64,000 nucleotides of DNA from an uncultured Actinomycetes bacterium (GTDB lineage: Bacteria > Actinomycetota > Thermoleophilia > UBA2241). Positions 33,482-44,020 of the stretch are shown piece after piece. The stretch is taken from the NCBI GenBank assembly GCA_963755025.1, contig CAVWIH010000014.1, positions 32,001 through 96,000 on the forward strand, given 5' to 3'. Under the pieces are notes generated by a model. That model made no database searches, was not told the origin of the DNA, and worked only from the letters and a program-made list of their open reading frames with translations. The translations under genes were made by a program, and so were the position numbers. The stretch's first letter is position 1. Each line of letters begins with the position of its first letter.

Positions 33482-34241
33482 CGGTCGACCTCGGCCCTCT
33501 GTCGGAGCTCGTTTACGAGGCCGCGCGCCCTGTCGGGCGTCATGCGGCCGTGGGTCTCGTCGTCGCCGATCCTGACCACGGGAGCGAGAGCGCACGCGCC
33601 CACGCAACTCACCGTCTGGAGCGTGAACAGCCTGTCTTTTGTGGTCTTGCCGACTTCGATGCCGAGCTCCTCGGCGAAGGCCTCGGTGATGAGCGGCGCG
33701 CCGGCGACGTGGCAGGCGGTGCCGTGGCAGACGGTGATCGACGAAGCGGCCGACCGGCGACAGCCGGAACTGGTCGTAGAAGCTGGCCACGCCGTAGAGC
33801 TGCGAGAGCGACACGCCGGTCTCGACCGAGATCTCCTCGAGGGCGAGCGCGCGGCAGGTAGCCGTAGATCTCCTGCGTGTGCTGCAGGACGGCCATGAGG
33901 CCCGTGCCGGTCTCGCGGTAGTGGTCGATGACCGGCGCGATCCGGGTGAGGTCGGGCGCCGGCTGCGAGTCGGCGCGCACCCGCTTGATGCGCGCCTCGT
34001 TCACGGCCGGCAGCGCGTGCGTCGACTGGTAGTTGACGCGGATGACCTGCACGGGGCAGTTGGTCTCGCACAGCGTGCAGGAGCGGCAGCGGGGCTCGCC
34101 CGTCGCCGGGTCGACGACCACCCGGAACAGCCCGCGGCTGCGCTCCGGGAGCTGCTCGCGCTGCTCGGGGTACTGGACCGTGATCTTGCGCTGCGGCAGG
34201 TGGCCCAGGGTGGTGCGCATGGCTTTGAGGATGCCGAGCAT
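33478..34241 (-). CDS. Fusion of the NuoI N-terminal half with NuoE/HydC (frameshifts near 33850 and 33740)
   Basis: ITVQYPEQREQLPERSRG...CRSCTLCETNCP (NuoI-N) is in frame with LMAVLQHTQEIYGYLP. Then GVASFYDQF, VCHGTACHV, SCVGACALAPV (NuoE). Confidence 0.85.
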
Positions 34242-35365
34242 CAGGTGAGCACCGCCACGCGGCTACGCTGCCGCTTGAGCCGCCAGCGCAGCACCGAGTC
34301 GAACAGGCCGACGAAGGCGATCAGGAAGATCCAGCTGTAGATCGCCATGGCGAGCTTCCAGTGCGGCGCCCAGAGCATGACGGCGGCGGTCGCCAGGATG
34401 TTGACCAGGCCGAGCGGGATGAGCACCTTCCAGGCGAATCCCATGAGCTGGTCGACCTGCAGCCGGGGCACCGACAGGCGGATCCAGACCAGGGCGAAGA
34501 CCAGCGCGTAGACCTTGACCAGGAACCAGACGATGGGCGATGAGCGACACGCCGTGGATGACGAACGCGTTCGCGAGCGGTCCCTGCCAGCCGCCCAGGA
34601 ACAGGGTGACCGTGACCATCGACATGATGGTCATGCCGGCGTACTCGTTCAGGAAGAACATGCCGAAGCGCATGCCCGAGTACTCGGTGCCGTAGCCGGC
34701 CACGAGCTCGGATTCGGATTCGGGCAGGTCGAAGGGCCCGCGGTTGAGCTCGGCGATGGAGGCGATGAAGAACAGCAGGAACGTGAAGGGCATGGTGAAG
34801 GCGAACCACTCGTAGTGGCTCTGGGCGCGCACCACGGCGTTCAGGCTGAGCGAGTCGGCGGCCATGGCGACGACCAGCAGGGCGAGGATCATGGGCAGCT
34901 CGTACGAGACCATCTGGGCCGCCGAGCGCAGGGCGCCGACCAGCGAGTACTTGTTGTGCGAGGCCCAGCCGCCCAGCAGGATCGCAGAGCACCGTGAAGC
35001 TCGTGATGGCGACGATGTAGATGAGGCCGACGTTCAGGTTCTGGTCGGTCCAGCCCTTCGTGTAGGGAATGACGACCTGGATGGCGACCGCGCCGATCAT
35101 GACCATGATCGGCGCCAGCGTGAACATCGCCTTGTCGGCGGCAGCCGGCGCGAAGTCTTCTTTGCCCATCATCTTGAACGAGTCGGCGACGCTCTGCAGG
35201 ATGCCCTGCCAGCCGGTGCGGTTGGGGCCCAGGCGGTCCTGCAGGAAGGCCAGCATGCGGCGCTCGAAGAGGATGTTGACGAGCGCCGCCACGAAGACGA
35301 TGCGAGTAGGCGATGGCGACCGCCACGACGACGCGCACGATGGCCCAGACGAGGTCCCAGCTCAT
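34241..35365 (-). CDS. nuoH: NADH-quinone oxidoreductase subunit H (several frameshifts)
   Basis: ERRMLAFLQDRLGPN, QMVSYELP, AELNRGPFDLPESESELVAGYGTEYSG, PRLQVDQLM..WK. Confidence 0.9.
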
Positions 35366-36579
35366 CGGTCGATCCCTCCGAGTACGAGGTCCATGCTGCC
35401 CGAGATGGCCACGGCGTCGGCGATCTTGTTGCCGCGCAGCAGCTTGGGGAAGATCTGCAGGTTGCACGAAGCAGGGGTCGCGGAACTTGAGCCGGTAGGG
35501 GTAGCGCGAGCCGTCGCTCACGATGTAGGTGCCGTACTCGCCGCGCGGGTTCTCCTGGCCTGTGTAGCAGGCGCCGGGCGGCGGCGTGATGATGTAGGGC
35601 GCGCGCAGCGTGCCGAGCTGCACCGGGCCGGGCGCCAGCAGGTCGAGCGCACTGCAGCACGATCTTGGCCGACTCGCGGATCTCGTCGACCCGCACCTGG
35701 TAGCGGTCGAGCACGTCGCCGTGCTCGCCCAGGCAGACCTTGAAGTCGAGCTCGGGGTAGACCGAGTAGGGCCGCGTGCGGCGCAGGTCGTGCGCCACGC
35801 CCGAGGCGCGCGCGTTGGGACCGGTGATGCCGTAGTCGGCCACGTCTTCCTGGGTCATGACGCCCTTGCCCATGCAGCGCTGCAGGAAGACGGCGTTGTC
35901 GTTGACGAGCGACTCGTACTCGTCGCACCAGGCGGGCACCTGGGCCATGAGCGCGCGGCACTTCTCGACCCAGCCGTCGGGCAGGTCGTAGCGCACGCCG
36001 CCGAAGCGGAAGTAGTTGAACATCATGCGCGCGCCGCTGGCCGACTCGAAGAGGTCGAGGATCTGCTCGCGGTGGCGGAAGGCGTAGAACACGAGGGCCG
36101 TGCCCAGGGGCGCGAGGTCGGCGGTGAACGTGCCGACGCCGACCTGGTGGCTGGCGATGCGGTTGAGCTCGGCCATGATCGATGCGGATGAACTCGGCGC
36201 GGCGCGTGGGCCGTATGCCGGCGAGCTTCTCGACGGTCATCACGTAGCCCCACTCGCAGTTCATGCCGGCGACGTACTCGGTGCGGTCGACGATCGGGAT
36301 GTACTGGAAGTAGGTGCGCTTCTCGGCGATCTTCTCTTTGCTGCGGTGCAGGTAGCCGATCACCGGGATGACGTCTTTGATGAGCTCGCCGTCGAGCGTG
36401 ACGACCAGGCGCAGCACGCCGTGGGTCGAGGGATGCTGCGGCCCCATGTTGACGACCACCTGGTCGAAGCCCAGCCCCGCCATGTCGCTGCCGTGACCGG
36501 AGGCCTCGGACGCGGCGATGCGCCGCAGCGCCAGGGCCATGGCCTCGTCGGGGGCCGCTATGGGAAAGGGCTCAGGCAT
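35362..36579 (-). CDS. nuoD: NADH-quinone oxidoreductase subunit D (frameshifted)
   Basis: NMGPQHPSTHGVLRL, GYLHRSKEK, DRTEY, AELNRIASH, ENPRGE, DLVLGGIDR. No Ni-binding CxxC. Confidence 0.9.
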
Positions 36580-37066
36580 GCGGGTGGTTCTCGACCGAGT
36601 CGACGTAGTCTTTGCGCAGCGGGTGGCCCACCCAGTCGTCGCCGAGCAGGATGCGGCGCAGGTCGGGATGGCCGTCGAAGCGGATGCCCATCATGTCCCA
36701 GGCCTCGCGCTCGTGCCAGTCGGCGGCGGGCCAGACGTCGGTCACCGTGGGCAGCACGGGCTTGTCGCGCGCCACGTCGACGTGCAGCTCGAGGTAGGTG
36801 TTGGAGGCGAACGAGTAGAGGTGATAGACGGCCTCGAAGCGCTCGCCGTGGTCGACGGCGGCGACGAAGTTGCAGGTCTCGTAGGCGATGCCGTCGAGCG
36901 CGCGCAGGGCCACCGCGAGGTCGTGCAGGCGAGCGCCCGCGACGATCGCGACGACGGTGTCGGGCTCCTGGACCCGCGCCTCGGCCAGGTCGTCGCCGAG
37001 CTCGGCGGCAAGGCGCGCGGCGACGGCGTCGATCGACAGGGCGGCGGAACCGATGGCCGGCAGCAC
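36572..37066 (-). CDS. nuoC: NADH-quinone oxidoreductase subunit C
   Basis: WPAADWHEREAWDMMGIRFDGHPDLRRIL..DWVGHPLRKDY. Confidence 0.92.
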   Translation of the reverse strand: MLPAIGSAALSIDAVAARLAAELGDDLAEARVQEPDTVVAIVAGARLHDLAVALRALDGIAYETCNFVAAVDHGERFEAVYHLYSFASNTYLELHVDVARDKPVLPTVTDVWPAADWHEREAWDMMGIRFDGHPDLRRILLGDDWVGHPLRKDYVDSVENHPHA

Positions 37067-37067
37067 G

Positions 37068-37760
37068 CTAGCTCCTGACCTTCTCGAGGCGGTCGTCAAC
37101 GGGCGGCGCGTCGTCGGCGACGTCGCTGCCGGCCTCAGCGTCGGGCGAGGCGGCGGGCGTGGCGCTTGCCGCGGGCGCGACGGCTTCGGGCGTCGCCTCG
37201 GCGACGGGCGCGGCGTCGGGGGGCGCCTGCAGCGGCGGCACGATGCGCATGGCCTGGATCTTCTTCTGCAGCTCGAGCAGCCCCTGGAACAGGGCCTCGG
37301 GGCGGGGCGGACAACCGGGGATGTAGACGTCGACCGGCACGATCTTGTCGACGCCGTTCACGACGTTGTAGCTATCGTAGAACGGGCCGCCGCTCGTGGC
37401 GCAGGCGCCCATGGCGATGACCCACTTGGGCTCGGCCATCTGCTCGTAGAGGAGCTTGAGCACGGGCGCCATCTTCTCGTTCACGGTGCCGGCCACGATC
37501 ATGAGGTCGCACTGCCGGGGCGTGGGCCGAAAGACCTCCATGCCGTAGCGCGCCACGTCGTAGCGGGCAAAGCCCGAGCTCAGCATCTCGATGGCGCAGC
37601 AGGCGAGACCATAGGTGAAGGGAAAGACGGAGTGCGAGCGCGCCCAGCTGAAGATGAAGTCGACCGTGGTCGTGACGACGTTGGGCTTTTCGAACTGGCT
37701 GATGTTGGGGTAGTGCACGTTCTCGGCGAGGGCCTTGAGATCGAGGTCGGTCAGACCCAT
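37068..37760 (-). CDS. nuoB: NADH-quinone oxidoreductase subunit B
   Basis: [35 protein letters not shown]. Confidence 0.93.
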   Translation of the reverse strand: MGLTDLDLKALAENVHYPNISQFEKPNVVTTTVDFIFSWARSHSVFPFTYGLACCAIEMLSSGFARYDVARYGMEVFRPTPRQCDLMIVAGTVNEKMAPVLKLLYEQMAEPKWVIAMGACATSGGPFYDSYNVVNGVDKIVPVDVYIPGCPPRPEALFQGLLELQKKIQAMRIVPPLQAPPDAAPVAEATPEAVAPAASATPAASPDAEAGSDVADDAPPVDDRLEKVRS

Positions 37761-38119
37761 TCGAGAGCCCCCTTGCGCCAGGCGTACACGAGGCCCACCG
37801 CCAGGACGGCGACGAAGACGACGACCTCGACGAAGCCCGTCGAGCCGAGGCTGCGAAAGCGCAGGGCCCAGGGGAACAGGAAGATGGCTTCGACGTCGAA
37901 GACCAGAAAGAGCAGGGCGAAGATGTAGTAGCGCACCGCGAACGGGTGCCAGGAGTCGCCGACCGGCTCGATGCCGCACTCGTAGGTGGAGTACTTGTCG
38001 CGCGAGGGGTGGACCGGGTAGATGAGCCGCGACATCAGCAGGATGCCTACGACCATCGCGGCGCCCGCGGCCATGAACACCGCGACGTAGATCCAGTTTG
38101 TCAGGAATGCGGTCGTCAT
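37751..38119 (-). CDS. nuoA: NADH-quinone oxidoreductase subunit A
   Basis: [41 protein letters not shown]. Confidence 0.93.
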   Translation of the reverse strand: MTTAFLTNWIYVAVFMAAGAAMVVGILLMSRLIYPVHPSRDKYSTYECGIEPVGDSWHPFAVRYYIFALLFLVFDVEAIFLFPWALRFRSLGSTGFVEVVVFVAVLAVGLVYAWRKGALEWV

Positions 38120-38156
38120 GCTCCAGCGTCGACTCGCGATCGGCAAATAAGCTGGT

Positions 38157-38208
38157 CTGTGAAGGTGTTCACGAAGCGACTATAGCAAAGCCCGTCGAAG
38201 CGGCGCAA
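38157..38208 (-). promoter_or_regulatory. nuo promoter with an overlapping Rex-like operator
   Basis: CTGTGAAggtgTTCACGA (38157-38174) versus the Rex consensus TTGTGAAn4TTCACAA. Extended -10 TGcTATAGT and -35 TTGCGC on the minus strand. Confidence 0.65.
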
Positions 38209-38349
38209 CCTGCTCTCAAGGCCCCGGCAGACCCCGCGGACATGCCCGTTTTGCAGGACATTAGTACGGCGCGCCGGCGCGCTTTCGAGCGCGCCCGGCG
38301 GCGCGGCCGGCGGCGCGGCCCAGAAGAAGCCGCTCTTTGCAGGAGAAGA

Positions 38350-38378
38350 TTGACGCTCTCGAGCCGGGTGCGTACTCT
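38350..38378 (+). promoter_or_regulatory. Sigma70-type promoter for tatBC
   Basis: TTGACG-17 bp-TACTCT. Confidence 0.6.
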
Positions 38379-38426
38379 GGGGAAGAGGCTCAAGCGGCCC
38401 CTGAACCCACGAAGGCAGGTCCTCAA

Positions 38427-39023
38427 GTGTTTCCCGGGATCGGACTCTCCGAGATCGCCATAGTGATCCTTATCGCCCTGGTCGTGTTCGGCCCCAAGCG
38501 GCTGCCCGAGATGGGGCGCCAGCTCGGCAAGGTCATCCGCGAGTTCCGCGACGCGACCTCCGACATACGTTCGCAGATCGGCATCGACGACATCACCGAC
38601 TCCGTCAAAGACATCAAGTCGGGCTTCAGCCTCACCTCGACCGGCGGCGCCACGACCGGCGCAGCCGCCGCCACGCCGGCCGCGGCTGCTACGCTCGACG
38701 CCGCGCTCGATACGCCGCAGATCGACACCGCGAGCGCCCCCGCGGCCACGCGCAGCAGCAACCGGCCGGTCGCCGCCGGCGCGCCGCCGGCCGCTCCCGA
38801 GGTGCGCAACGGCCCGGTCGCCGCGGGCGCGCCGGCACCGGCCGCGCCGCCCGTCGCCGCCGAGGCGGCCGTCGGCGCCCCGTCCCCGGTCACCGCCCCA
38901 TCACCGGTCAGCGCCCCGTCACGCGTCGCCGACGACGCCGGCGCCGGTGCTGAGGGAGGCGTCGAAGCGTTCGGCAAGCTCACCCGCCGCTCCGCTTCGT
39001 CGGTCCGCCCGACCGCCGACTGA
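38427..39023 (+). CDS. tatB: Twin-arginine translocase TatB/TatA family subunit with Ala/Pro-rich tail
   Basis: MFPGIGLSEIAIVILIALVVFGPKRLPEMGRQLGK. Confidence 0.8.
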   Translation: MFPGIGLSEIAIVILIALVVFGPKRLPEMGRQLGKVIREFRDATSDIRSQIGIDDITDSVKDIKSGFSLTSTGGATTGAAAATPAAAATLDAALDTPQIDTASAPAATRSSNRPVAAGAPPAAPEVRNGPVAAGAPAPAAPPVAAEAAVGAPSPVTAPSPVSAPSRVADDAGAGAEGGVEAFGKLTRRSASSVRPTAD

Positions 39024-39030
39024 CGGCGGC

Positions 39031-39819
39031 ATGGTCGACTTCGAAGAGAAAGTCACTCTTGTCGAGCACCTCGACGAACTGCGCCGGCGCATCGTCTACG
39101 CCGCGATAGCCCTGCTGGTCGGCATCCTGCTCGCCGCCCTCCTCAACCGCTTCGTGTTCGCGCTCCTGCTCCATCCGCTCAAGGTGCTGCCGGCGGGCGC
39201 GCCCCACAAGATCGTCACCTTCGGCCCGGCCGAGCCCTTCATGGTCAGCCTCAAGGTGTGGGCCTACTTCGGCATCGTGGCGGCCTCGCCGATCATCATC
39301 TATCAGTTCTGGGCCTTCATCGGGCCGGCTTTCAGCCCCGTCAGCCGGCGTGTGGTCCTGTTCGTGGTCGCCTGCTGCGTCTTTCTGTTCCTCTTCGGCG
39401 TGGTGTTCTGCTACCTCATCGTCCTGCCCCGGGGCCTGGCGTGGCTGTTCGACTTCAACAGCCACTACTTCACGGCCCAGGCGCGAGCCACCGACTACTT
39501 CTCGTTCGTCGCCTGGTTCCTGGTGGCGTTCGGGGCGGTCTTCGAGATGCCGGTCGTGATCATCGCCGCGGTGCGCATGGGCATCGTCAAGACCAAGTTC
39601 CTGCGCAAGAACTGGCGCTACGCCATCGTGATCAACGCCGTCATCGCCATGGTGGCCACTCCCAGCCAGGACGCCTTTTCGTTCATCGCCATGTTCATCC
39701 CGCTCGAGATCCTCTACGAGATCTCGCTGCTCATCGCGCGCGTCATGGAGAAGCGCCGGGCGGCCACCGCCTCGCAGCCGGCCGACGACGACACCGGGCC
39801 CACCACCGCTCCCGCCTGA
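39031..39819 (+). CDS. tatC: Twin-arginine translocase TatC
   Basis: TLVEHLDELRRRI, YQFWAFIGP, FEMPV, ATPSQD, LYEIS. Confidence 0.92.
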   Translation: MVDFEEKVTLVEHLDELRRRIVYAAIALLVGILLAALLNRFVFALLLHPLKVLPAGAPHKIVTFGPAEPFMVSLKVWAYFGIVAASPIIIYQFWAFIGPAFSPVSRRVVLFVVACCVFLFLFGVVFCYLIVLPRGLAWLFDFNSHYFTAQARATDYFSFVAWFLVAFGAVFEMPVVIIAAVRMGIVKTKFLRKNWRYAIVINAVIAMVATPSQDAFSFIAMFIPLEILYEISLLIARVMEKRRAATASQPADDDTGPTTAPA

Positions 39820-39844
39820 TGAAGCGGTACACTAGGGCTACCTC

Positions 39845-41932
39845 ATGAAGGACGTAGCAGACACGACCCCGACCAAACGCGCCCGCAAACGCCGCGCCAA
39901 GCGGCGGCCGCGCATGCACTGGGGCCGCCTGATCGTCTGCATCGTGATCTTCGCCGTGATCGCCGTGGTGGGGCTCGTGAGCGGCACCATCGTCGCCGTG
40001 TCGCACAACCTGCCCAACATCGACGCCATGAAGCCCCAGCAGCTCGGCCAGGACACCGTGATCTTCGACCGCAACGGCAACCGCATCGCCGAGCTCTACG
40101 GCGCGGTGAACCGCGTCGTGGTGCCCAGCAGGCAGATCCCCGAGGTCATGAAGAACGCCACCGTGGCCATCGAAGACAAGCGCTTCTACAAGCATCACGG
40201 CGTCGACTTCACGGGCATCGCCCGCGCCCTGGTCGACGACATCAAGGCCGGCCACGTGGTCGAGGGCGCCAGCACGATCACCGAGCAGTACGTGAAGAAC
40301 GCCTACATCGGCGACGACCCCACCCTCACGCGCAAGCTCAAAGAGGCGGTGCTCGCCTGGGAGCTCGAGGACCGCTGGTCCAAAGACAAGATCCTCACCG
40401 AATACCTGAACACCGTCTACTACGGGGCCGGCGCCTACGGCGTGCAGGCGGCGGCGCTCACCTACTTCCACAAGCCGGTCTCAAAGCTGACCCTGCCCCA
40501 GGCGGCGCTGCTCGCCGCGCTGCCCAAGTTCCCCAGCGAGTACTCGCCGATCACCGACCCCCAGGTCATCACCGAGCGCCGCAACCTGGTGCTCGACGGC
40601 ATGGCCCAGCAGGGCTACATCACCGTCGCCCAGGCCGCCGCGGCCAAGGCCGTCAAACTGCGCGTGTACGCCAAACCGGTCTCGAAGACCAACGACCCGG
40701 CGGGCTACTTCGTCGACTACGTCACCGGTCTGCTCGTCAACCGCTACGGCGCAAGCGAGGTCTACGAGGGCGGCCTGCGCGTGTACACCTCGATCGACAT
40801 GTCCATGCAGCAAGACGCCATCGCCGCGCTCAAGGAGCGCCTGCCCTCCACCGGCCAGGCCGGCGCCCTCGTGGCCATCGACCCGACCAACGGCTACATC
40901 CGCGTCATGTCGGCCAGCACCGACTTCAAGACCTACAAGTACGGCCTCGACTGGCAGGCACAGCGGCAGCCGGGCTCGACCATGAAGCCCTTCGCCCTCA
41001 TCGCCGCCGTCGAAGAGCACGCCGACCCGGCCACCACCTACTACAACTCGCACCCGCTGCACATCTACCTGGGTCCCGGCGCGAACCCGCCCTATTGGGA
41101 CGTCTACACCGCCGAAAAGTCGTCGGGCGGGCGCATGAACCTGGTGCAGGCCACCCTGCAGTCCGACAACACGGTGTTCGCCCAGCTCTGCCTCGACCTG
41201 GGGCCGGCGGCGATCGTGAAGGTCGCCCACGAGATGGGCGTCACCACCAAGCTCACGGCGATCCCCTCGATCGTGCTGGGCAGCGAAGACGTGAACGCGC
41301 TCGAGATGGCCGACGCCTACGCCACCATGGCCAGCGAGGGCGTGCACCACGCCCCACAGGCGATCGAGAAGGTCGTCTTCCCCAGCGGCAAGGTCGTCAA
41401 GACCAAGATCAAGGGCAACCGCGTGCTGTCGGCCGGCGTAGCCTACACCGTCGACAAGATCCTCGAGCAGAACACGAGCTCGTCGGGCGGCACCGCGGCG
41501 TCGATGCCCGACTACTACAGAGGCCGCTCGGCGGGCAAGACGGGCACCACCGACAACTACGTCGATGCCTGGTTCGACGGCTTCAACCCCAAGCTGGCGA
41601 CGGCCGTCTGGATGGGCTATATCGACTCGCGGCCCATGCCCGACGTGTTCGGCGCCACCTACTCGCTGCCCATCTGGGGCACGTTCTACAACAGCGTCTT
41701 CGGCTCGACCTACATCCCCGACTTCGCCACGCCCGCGGTCATGCCGTACTGGCTGCCGTGGGAGGGCAAGTACTCCAAGATGGCGCCGTCCCCGTCGCCC
41801 TCGCCCTCGTCGGGCTCGCCGTCGCCCGGGCCGACCCACACGACCCCCGCGACGACACCGCCGACGACGCACTCCTCGTCGCCCAAGCCGACGACACCGC
41901 CACCGACCACCACGGCCTCGCCCAAACCGTAG
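39845..41932 (+). CDS. Class A penicillin-binding protein (transglycosylase/transpeptidase)
   Basis: EDKRFYKHHGVD, GASTITEQY, SxxK (STMK), SDN, KTG. Ser/Pro/Thr-rich tail. Confidence 0.92.
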   Translation: MKDVADTTPTKRARKRRAKRRPRMHWGRLIVCIVIFAVIAVVGLVSGTIVAVSHNLPNIDAMKPQQLGQDTVIFDRNGNRIAELYGAVNRVVVPSRQIPEVMKNATVAIEDKRFYKHHGVDFTGIARALVDDIKAGHVVEGASTITEQYVKNAYIGDDPTLTRKLKEAVLAWELEDRWSKDKILTEYLNTVYYGAGAYGVQAAALTYFHKPVSKLTLPQAALLAALPKFPSEYSPITDPQVITERRNLVLDGMAQQGYITVAQAAAAKAVKLRVYAKPVSKTNDPAGYFVDYVTGLLVNRYGASEVYEGGLRVYTSIDMSMQQDAIAALKERLPSTGQAGALVAIDPTNGYIRVMSASTDFKTYKYGLDWQAQRQPGSTMKPFALIAAVEEHADPATTYYNSHPLHIYLGPGANPPYWDVYTAEKSSGGRMNLVQATLQSDNTVFAQLCLDLGPAAIVKVAHEMGVTTKLTAIPSIVLGSEDVNALEMADAYATMASEGVHHAPQAIEKVVFPSGKVVKTKIKGNRVLSAGVAYTVDKILEQNTSSSGGTAASMPDYYRGRSAGKTGTTDNYVDAWFDGFNPKLATAVWMGYIDSRPMPDVFGATYSLPIWGTFYNSVFGSTYIPDFATPAVMPYWLPWEGKYSKMAPSPSPSPSSGSPSPGPTHTTPATTPPTTHSSSPKPTTPPPTTTASPKP

Positions 41933-42037
41933 GCCCGACCAGGGCCGAACGCCCGAGTGGCGCGCCGCGGTGTTCGGCGCGCAAGCGGCTTGGGCCGACC
42001 TGAGGCGGCGGCCCGGCCGGTTGCCGGCCGGTCGCCC

Positions 42038-42586
42038 TCAGAGACTCCGCTCGACGAACACGACGTCGACCAGGCGCCCGCCGACGCGTGCCAGCTCGTG
42101 AGCGACGCCCGCGACCGTGAACCCCAGGCTGCGGTAGAAGCGCAGCGAGGCCTCGTTGTCGGCGCGGATCTCGGTGAGCAGGCGCATGCGGCCCGCCGCC
42201 CGCGCGGCGGCAAAGCAGTGGTCGGCCAGCAAGCGGCCTATGCCGCGGCGCCGGAACGACTCGTCGACGTAGGTCCCTACGGTGAGCACGTGGTCGAAGG
42301 CGTGCGTACCGAACGAGGCGTAGGGCTCGAGCGACTGAAAGCCGACCACCCGCGGCCCCACGGCGGCGGCGCCCGCGCCGACCCCGGCGCCCGCCACGGG
42401 CGCCTCGGCCACCGCAAAGACGCCGCCCGCCGGGAACCCGGCGATGTAGCGGCGCTCCTCGTCGACCATGAAGGGTGTGTCGAGCAGGCTCTGGCGACCG
42501 TCGGCGATGGCCGCGTTCAGGATGGCGCAGACGGCCGCCGCGTCGTCGGGCGCCGCCCTGCGCACACGGACCGCATCGAGCTCCAC
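42038..42586 (-). CDS. GNAT N-acetyltransferase (phosphinothricin acetyltransferase-like)
   Basis: YVDESFRRRGIG, NEASLRFYRSLGF. Confidence 0.8.
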   Translation of the reverse strand: MELDAVRVRRAAPDDAAAVCAILNAAIADGRQSLLDTPFMVDEERRYIAGFPAGGVFAVAEAPVAGAGVGAGAAAVGPRVVGFQSLEPYASFGTHAFDHVLTVGTYVDESFRRRGIGRLLADHCFAAARAAGRMRLLTEIRADNEASLRFYRSLGFTVAGVAHELARVGGRLVDVVFVERSL

Positions 42587-42670
42587 GCTCAGCCCCCTAC
42601 GCCGGAGGGCGGCGAGCCGGCCCGCCCCTGCCCCACCGCGTTCGCGCCTTCGCCCGCCGCGGCCTTTGGC

Positions 42671-44020
42671 CTACTGTGGCCGCTTGTCGATGACGCGCAC
42701 GGCCTTGCCCTCGCTGCGGGCGATGGTGCGCGGCTCTTTGAGCTTCACCTGCACCTGGATGTTGAGCACGCTGTACAGGCGGTGCTGCACGGCGCGCTCG
42801 AAGGTCTCGAGCTGGCCCATGGTCTCGCCGAACAGGTCCTCGCCGACCTCGATCCAGACCTCGACCATGTCGAGGTGGTCCCTGCGCTCGATCAGGATCT
42901 GGTAGTGCGGCTCGATCTGCGGGATCGTCATGAGGACTTCTTCGATCTGGCTGGGGAAGACGTTGACGCCGCGGATGATGAGCATGTCGTCGGTACGACC
43001 GACGGGCTTGCTCATGCGCACCAGGGTGCGGCCGCAGTCGCAGGTCGCCGAGCTCAGGCTGCAGAGGTCGCGCGTGCGATAGCGTACGAGCGGCTGCGCC
43101 ACCCGGCTCAGGGTCGTCACGACAAGCTCGCCCACCGTGCCCTCGGGCACCGCCTGCAGGGTCTCGGGGTCGACGATCTCGACCAGGTAGTGGTCTTCGC
43201 TCACGTGCATGCCCGTCTTGCAGAGGCACTCGAAGGCCACGCCCGGCCCGCCCATCTCGGAGAGGCCGTAGATGTCGAGCGCGTCGATGCCCAGCGCGGC
43301 CTCGATCTGGCGGCGCATCTCGTTGCTCCACGGCTCGGCGCCGTGAAAACCGACCCTGATGGGCAGGTCGGCGGGGCGCAAGCCGCGGTCGCGGGCCGCT
43401 TCGGCCAGGTAGAGGGCGTACGACGGCGTGCACGACAGGGCCGCCGCACCGAAGTCGCGCATGAGCTTGAGCTGACGGTCGGTGTTGCCGCCGGAGATGG
43501 GCAGCACGGTGGCGCCGAGGCGCTCGCAGCCGTAATGCAGGCCGAGGCCGCCGGTGAACAGCCCGTAGCCGTAGGCGTTCTGCAACATGTCGCCGGGCCC
43601 CATGCCGCCCGCCGCCAGTGTGCGCGCGATCAGGTCGGCCCACAGCTCGACGTCGCCGAGCGTGTAGCCCACGGTGGTCGGATTGCCCGTGGTGCCCGAC
43701 GAGGCGTGCACCCGCACGAGCCGGTCGCGAGGCACCGCGAACATGCCGAACGGGTAGTGGTCGCGCAGGTCGGCCTTGGTCGTGAAGGGCAGGGCGGCGA
43801 CGCGCTCGCGCGTGGTGAGGTCGTCGGGAGCGACGCCCGCGTCGGCCAGGCGGCGGCGGTAGAAGGGCACGTTGTCGACGGCGTTGCGCAAGGTGGCGCG
43901 CAGGCGCTCGAGCTGGGTGTCGCGCAGCTGTTCGAGCGGCATGGTCTCGGCGGCCTGCTGCCAGTGGTTGCCGCCGGCCTTGTCGGCCGTGACCGCGCCG
44001 GCCGCGGTGGCCACGCTCAC
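42671..44020 (-). CDS. paaK: Phenylacetate-CoA ligase
   Basis: HASSGTTGNP, YGYGLFTGGLG, DIYGLSE, RYRTRD, GRTDDMLIIRGVNVFPSQIE. Confidence 0.9.
   Translation of the reverse strand: MSVATAAGAVTADKAGGNHWQQAAETMPLEQLRDTQLERLRATLRNAVDNVPFYRRRLADAGVAPDDLTTRERVAALPFTTKADLRDHYPFGMFAVPRDRLVRVHASSGTTGNPTTVGYTLGDVELWADLIARTLAAGGMGPGDMLQNAYGYGLFTGGLGLHYGCERLGATVLPISGGNTDRQLKLMRDFGAAALSCTPSYALYLAEAARDRGLRPADLPIRVGFHGAEPWSNEMRRQIEAALGIDALDIYGLSEMGGPGVAFECLCKTGMHVSEDHYLVEIVDPETLQAVPEGTVGELVVTTLSRVAQPLVRYRTRDLCSLSSATCDCGRTLVRMSKPVGRTDDMLIIRGVNVFPSQIEEVLMTIPQIEPHYQILIERRDHLDMVEVWIEVGEDLFGETMGQLETFERAVQHRLYSVLNIQVQVKLKEPRTIARSEGKAVRVIDKRPQ

Noticed and set aside
35362-37760. Group 4 [NiFe]-hydrogenase instead of complex I
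   Set aside because: NuoD lacks the Ni-binding CxxC motifs and keeps the quinone-site His/Tyr, and nuoA/J are present.
38760-38920. Short repeats in the TatB tail, and also the PBP Ser/Pro/Thr tail and the FmdB poly-Ser
   Set aside because: Ordinary low-complexity linker expansions.
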